DNA from: Burkholderiales bacterium | Lineage (GTDB): Bacteria > Pseudomonadota > Gammaproteobacteria > Burkholderiales > SG8-39 | Direction of reading: 5' to 3' | DNA: 64,000 nt | NCBI GenBank assembly: GCA_035499735.1 | Contig: DATJYC010000050.1 | Location: 658 to 64,657 of the forward strand | Part shown: one piece after another, positions 60,788-64,000 of the stretch | Layout of the letters: every line of letters starts with the position of its first letter | Numbering within the stretch: position 1 is the stretch's first letter | Made by a program: the position numbers and the translations under genes | The notes under the pieces: generated by a model | The model's input: the letters and a program-made list of their open reading frames with translations, nothing else | Database searches by the model: none | What the model was told of the DNA's origin: nothing

Positions 60788-62062
60788 ATGAGAGGCAATT
60801 CTGTTCTGACCACTCTGGCGCGCTGGCTGGGGGCCTTTGCGGCCGCGCTCGCCCTCGCCGGCTCATTCGCGACCGAGGCGCTCGCGCAGCAGCCGCTGCG
60901 AATCGGATTCGGCATGAGCCTCACCGGGCCGCTCGCCGGCAACGGCAAGGCCGCGCTGATCGCCATGGAGATCTGGAAGGACGACGTCAACGCCAAGGGC
61001 GGCATCCTCGGGCGCAAGGTCGAGTTCGTCTACTACGACGACCAGACCAACCCCGCGACCGTTCCCGGCCTGTACACGAAGCTGCTCGACGTCGACAAGG
61101 TCGACCTGGTGGTCTCCGGCTACGGCACCGCGGTGATCGCGCCGGCGATGCCGCTGATGATGCAGCGCAACCTCATGTTCATGACGCTGTTCGGGCTGAA
61201 CGTGAACTCGAAGTTCAACTACGACCGCTACTTCCAGATCATGCCCGCCGGACCCGAGCCCGCTATCGGCTGGACGCGCGGCTTCTTCGAGGCGGCGATG
61301 GGCCTGAACCCGAAGCCGAAGACGATCGCGCTGGTGGGCGCCGACGCGGAATACCCGCACCTCGCCCTCGAGGGCGCGCGCGTGCACGTGAAGCGCCTCG
61401 GCCTCAAGGTCGTCTACGACAAGAGCTACCCGCCCAACACGACCGACTACTCGCCAATCGTACGCGCGATCCAGGCGACCAACCCGGACCTCGTCTACCT
61501 CGCCTCGTACCCGCCGGATTCGGCCGGCATGGTGCGCGCGGTGAACGAAGTCGGCCTGAAGACCCGCATGTTCGGCGGCGGCCTGGTCGGAACGCAGTTC
61601 GCGGCGCTGAAGACGGCGCTCGGGCCGCTCCTCAACGGCGTGGTGAACTACGAGCTTTATACGCCCGAGCTGTCGGGCAAGTTCCCCTTCCTCGATGCCT
61701 TCCTGAAGAAGTACCAGGAGCGCGCGGCGAAGGAGGGCGTGGACCCGCTCGGCTTCTACCTGCCGCCGTACGCCTACGCGATGATGCAGGTCCTCGACCA
61801 GGCGATCACCGCGACCAAGGGCCTCGACAGCGGCAAGCTCGCCGAATACATCCACACGCACACCTTCGACACCTTCGTCGGCAAGGTGGGCTTCGCCAAG
61901 AACGGCGAATGGTCCGAGCCCCGCGTGATGATGGTGCAGTACAACGGCATCAAGGGGAACACCATCGACCAGTGGAAGCAGCCCGGCGTTGTGACGGTGC
62001 TCGAGCCCGGGCCGTACAAGACCGGTGTGGTCAAGGCGCCCTACCAGGACGCAAAACACTGA
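60788..62062 (+). CDS. Branched-chain amino acid-type ABC transporter substrate-binding protein (LivK/type I PBP)
   Basis: Signal peptide, then LRIGFGMSLTGPLAGNGKAALIAMEIWKDDVNAKGGILGRKVEFVYYDDQ, the LivK-family pattern. Confidence 0.9.
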   Translation: MRGNSVLTTLARWLGAFAAALALAGSFATEALAQQPLRIGFGMSLTGPLAGNGKAALIAMEIWKDDVNAKGGILGRKVEFVYYDDQTNPATVPGLYTKLLDVDKVDLVVSGYGTAVIAPAMPLMMQRNLMFMTLFGLNVNSKFNYDRYFQIMPAGPEPAIGWTRGFFEAAMGLNPKPKTIALVGADAEYPHLALEGARVHVKRLGLKVVYDKSYPPNTTDYSPIVRAIQATNPDLVYLASYPPDSAGMVRAVNEVGLKTRMFGGGLVGTQFAALKTALGPLLNGVVNYELYTPELSGKFPFLDAFLKKYQERAAKEGVDPLGFYLPPYAYAMMQVLDQAITATKGLDSGKLAEYIHTHTFDTFVGKVGFAKNGEWSEPRVMMVQYNGIKGNTIDQWKQPGVVTVLEPGPYKTGVVKAPYQDAKH

Positions 62063-62083
62063 AGGGCGAAAGGTAACAGGACG

Positions 62084-62116
62084 AAACCGGCGGGCGACCC
62101 CCGCCGGTTTTGCTTT
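62084..62116 (+). terminator. Hairpin / attenuator-like terminator between livK-like and livH-like genes
   Basis: ACCGGCGGG (62086-62094), loop CGACC, CCCGCCGGT (62100-62108), then TTTGCTTTG. It lies within 15 nt of the next start, so it probably attenuates only partially. Confidence 0.6.
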
Positions 62117-62121
62117 GCTCC

Positions 62122-62997
62122 ATGGAAGCATCCACGGCGCTGGTCGTCAACGCCATCATCGCAGGCCTCCTGCTCGGAGGCTTCTACGCCGCCGTCAGCC
62201 TGGGCATATCGATCTCCTTCGGCATGCTCGACGTGGTCAACATCGCGCACCCGGCGTTCATCATCCTCGGCTCCTACGTCGCCTACATCGTCAACGACCG
62301 CCTGGGTTTCGATCCGATCCTCGTGTCGGTCGTGCTCTCGCCCCTGTTCTTCGCGCTCGGCATGGCCCTGTACAGGATCTACTACCTCTGTTTCGAGAAG
62401 CGCGGCCAGGAATCGCTGCGCGGGCTCGCGTTCTTCTTCGGCATCCTGTTCATCACCGAGGTCACGCTGGTGCTCATCTTCGGGGTGGACTACCGCCTGG
62501 TGACCACCGCCTACAGCGAGGTGACCTGGCGAGCGGGCGACATCGACCTGCCGATGCGCCTTTTCGTGCCGTTCCTCGTGTCGATCGCGATGGTGGTCGC
62601 GCTGCAGCTCTTCCTTACCCACACCTTCTTCGGCCGCGCGGTGCTCGCCGTCGCGCAGGACCAGCTCGCGCTGCGCCTCATGGGCGTGAACCCGGTGCGC
62701 GTGAAGGAGCGGGCCTTCGCCCTGTCGATCGCGACCGCGGGCGTGGCGGGCGCCTTTCTCATCGTCATCCAGCCGGTGCAGCCGTCGATCGGCCGCGAGT
62801 ACATCGGCCTAGTGTTCGCGGTGTGCGTGCTCGGCGGGATGGGCTCGATCTGGGGAACGCTGATCGGGGCGCTGGTGCTCGGCATCGCCGAGTCCTTCAC
62901 CTCGACCTTCTTCGGGCCCTCGTGGGCGCCGGCGGTGTCGTTCGGGCTGCTGCTCGCGACGCTCGCGTTCCGCCCCTCCGGAATCCTGGGGCGATGA
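62122..62997 (+). CDS. Branched-chain amino acid-type ABC transporter permease (LivH-like)
   Basis: Polytopic membrane protein: NAIIAGLLLGGFYAAVSLGISISFGMLDVVNIAHPAF...GGMGSIWGTLIGALVLG. Confidence 0.88.
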   Translation: MEASTALVVNAIIAGLLLGGFYAAVSLGISISFGMLDVVNIAHPAFIILGSYVAYIVNDRLGFDPILVSVVLSPLFFALGMALYRIYYLCFEKRGQESLRGLAFFFGILFITEVTLVLIFGVDYRLVTTAYSEVTWRAGDIDLPMRLFVPFLVSIAMVVALQLFLTHTFFGRAVLAVAQDQLALRLMGVNPVRVKERAFALSIATAGVAGAFLIVIQPVQPSIGREYIGLVFAVCVLGGMGSIWGTLIGALVLGIAESFTSTFFGPSWAPAVSFGLLLATLAFRPSGILGR

Positions 62998-63944
62998 GCA
63001 ACCGCAACTTCGCCATCGTCGCGTTCGCGGTCGCGATCGCCTTCGCGGCGGCGAGCCAGCTCGTTCCCAACGAGTACTTCTTCACCGCGGCCTATGTGGT
63101 GCTGCAGTTCGTAATCCTCGCGACCGCCTGGAACATCCTCGGCGGCTACACCGGCTACGTGAATTTCGGCTCGGCCGCCTTCTTCGCGATCGGCGCCTAC
63201 TCGACCGTGATGCTCTACAACGCCTTCAAGGCGCCGCTCCTCGTGATGATCGTCGCCGGGACGCTGGTCGCCGGGCTGCTGGGCCTCGGCCTGGGCTACC
63301 TGACGCTGCGCCTGCGCGGGGTGTTCTTCGCAATCGCCTCGCTCGCCCTCGCCGTCGTCCTCTATACTTTCGTCGTCAACTGGGACTACGTCGGCGGCGC
63401 GCGCGGCGCCTACGTGCTGCAGCCGCGCGAGGTGCCCTTCGGCCTGCCGCGCTACATCCACCTGCTGTACATCGTCCTCGTGCTGGAGGCCGCGGTGGCG
63501 CTCGTGGTCGCGCGCACGATCGAGAAATCCACGATCGGCCGCGGGCTCGCGGCGATCCGCGACGACGAGCTCGCGGCGGAGTGCTCGGGCGTGCCCACGC
63601 TGCGCCTAAAGATCTTCTCCGCGACGGTGAGCGGAGCGCTGATGGGCATGGCGGGAACCACGTTTCCGTTCTACCTCTCCTACATCGAGCCGTCCTCCGC
63701 CTTCGGCCTGTCGTACGCGGTGAACAGCATCGCGATGCCGCTCATCGGAGGCATGATGAGCTGGATCGGCCCGCTGATCGGGGCGGTGCTGCTGGGGACG
63801 GTGCAGCAGCTGGTGCAGGTGACGATCTCCTCGGCGTGGAACCTGCTCATCGTCGGCGTGCTGCTGGTGCTCTTCGTCACCCTCGCGCCGAACGGGATCA
63901 TGGGCTGGGTCGAGGCCTGGCGCAAGCGCAGGAGCCGGCGGTGA
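62994..63944 (+). CDS. Branched-chain amino acid-type ABC transporter permease (LivM-like)
   Basis: ATAWNILGGYTGYVNFGSAAFFAIGAYS...LRLRGVFFAIASLAL...RDDELAAE; ATGA overlap with the LivH-like stop. Confidence 0.88.
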   Translation: MSNRNFAIVAFAVAIAFAAASQLVPNEYFFTAAYVVLQFVILATAWNILGGYTGYVNFGSAAFFAIGAYSTVMLYNAFKAPLLVMIVAGTLVAGLLGLGLGYLTLRLRGVFFAIASLALAVVLYTFVVNWDYVGGARGAYVLQPREVPFGLPRYIHLLYIVLVLEAAVALVVARTIEKSTIGRGLAAIRDDELAAECSGVPTLRLKIFSATVSGALMGMAGTTFPFYLSYIEPSSAFGLSYAVNSIAMPLIGGMMSWIGPLIGAVLLGTVQQLVQVTISSAWNLLIVGVLLVLFVTLAPNGIMGWVEAWRKRRSRR

Positions 63945-64000
63945 GCGCGGCGATACTGGAGGTCTCCGGCGTGGTGAAGCGCTTCGGCGGATTCACGGCG
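63941..64000 (+). CDS. ABC transporter ATP-binding protein (LivG-like), 3' end outside the window
   Basis: GTG 63941 (GTGA overlap) opens VSAAILEVSGVVKRFGGFTA, the typical LivG N-terminus. Only 20 codons are visible. Confidence 0.7.
   Translation, partial: MSAAILEVSGVVKRFGGFTA

Overview
High-GC (about 65-70% by eye) proteobacterial chromosome, with gene order typical of Betaproteobacteria (Burkholderiales/Rhodocyclales-like). Positions 1-34158 are the conserved replication-origin neighbourhood. They hold amtB (5' truncated), an FAH-family hydrolase and RidA, then trkH-trkA, ntrX/ntrY-like-DUF4390-rsmB-fmt-def. A LysM protein, dprA, smg and topB follow, then gyrB-dnaN-dnaA diverging from rpmH-rnpA-yidD-yidC-mnmE. 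An AbrB-type membrane protein and GTP-PEPCK come next, then mnmG-rsmG-parA-parB. A perfect DnaA box overlaps the dnaA promoter, and a perfect 16-bp parS lies upstream of mnmG. Positions 34169-64000 are a densely packed accessory catabolic/transport region with no transcriptional regulator and no mobile-element gene. It contains: (i) a Rieske oxygenase alpha/beta/ferredoxin set plus a 4,5-dihydroxyphthalate-decarboxylase-like protein, an OCD/mu-crystallin protein and a bicupin, starting 10 nt after parB; (ii) a coupled minus-strand operon of LVIVD-repeat beta-propeller, CobW-type GTPase, FAD monooxygenase, ThDP enzyme and TctC; (iii) a minus-strand amidohydrolase / type IV pilin / HIBADH-like dehydrogenase / SRPBCC operon; (iv) a hydantoinase A/B (acetone-carboxylase-like) pair whose B subunit carries a fused AcxC-like Cys4 domain, coupled to an Fe3+/polyamine-type ABC importer with two tandem binding proteins; (v) an MFS transporter and a Liv-type ABC system that runs off the window. 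No rRNA, tRNA, CRISPR array, IS or prophage gene was seen. Most long ORFs in the six-frame track are antisense or out-of-frame artefacts of high GC. All calls rest on reading the translations and motifs by eye; no database search was run.
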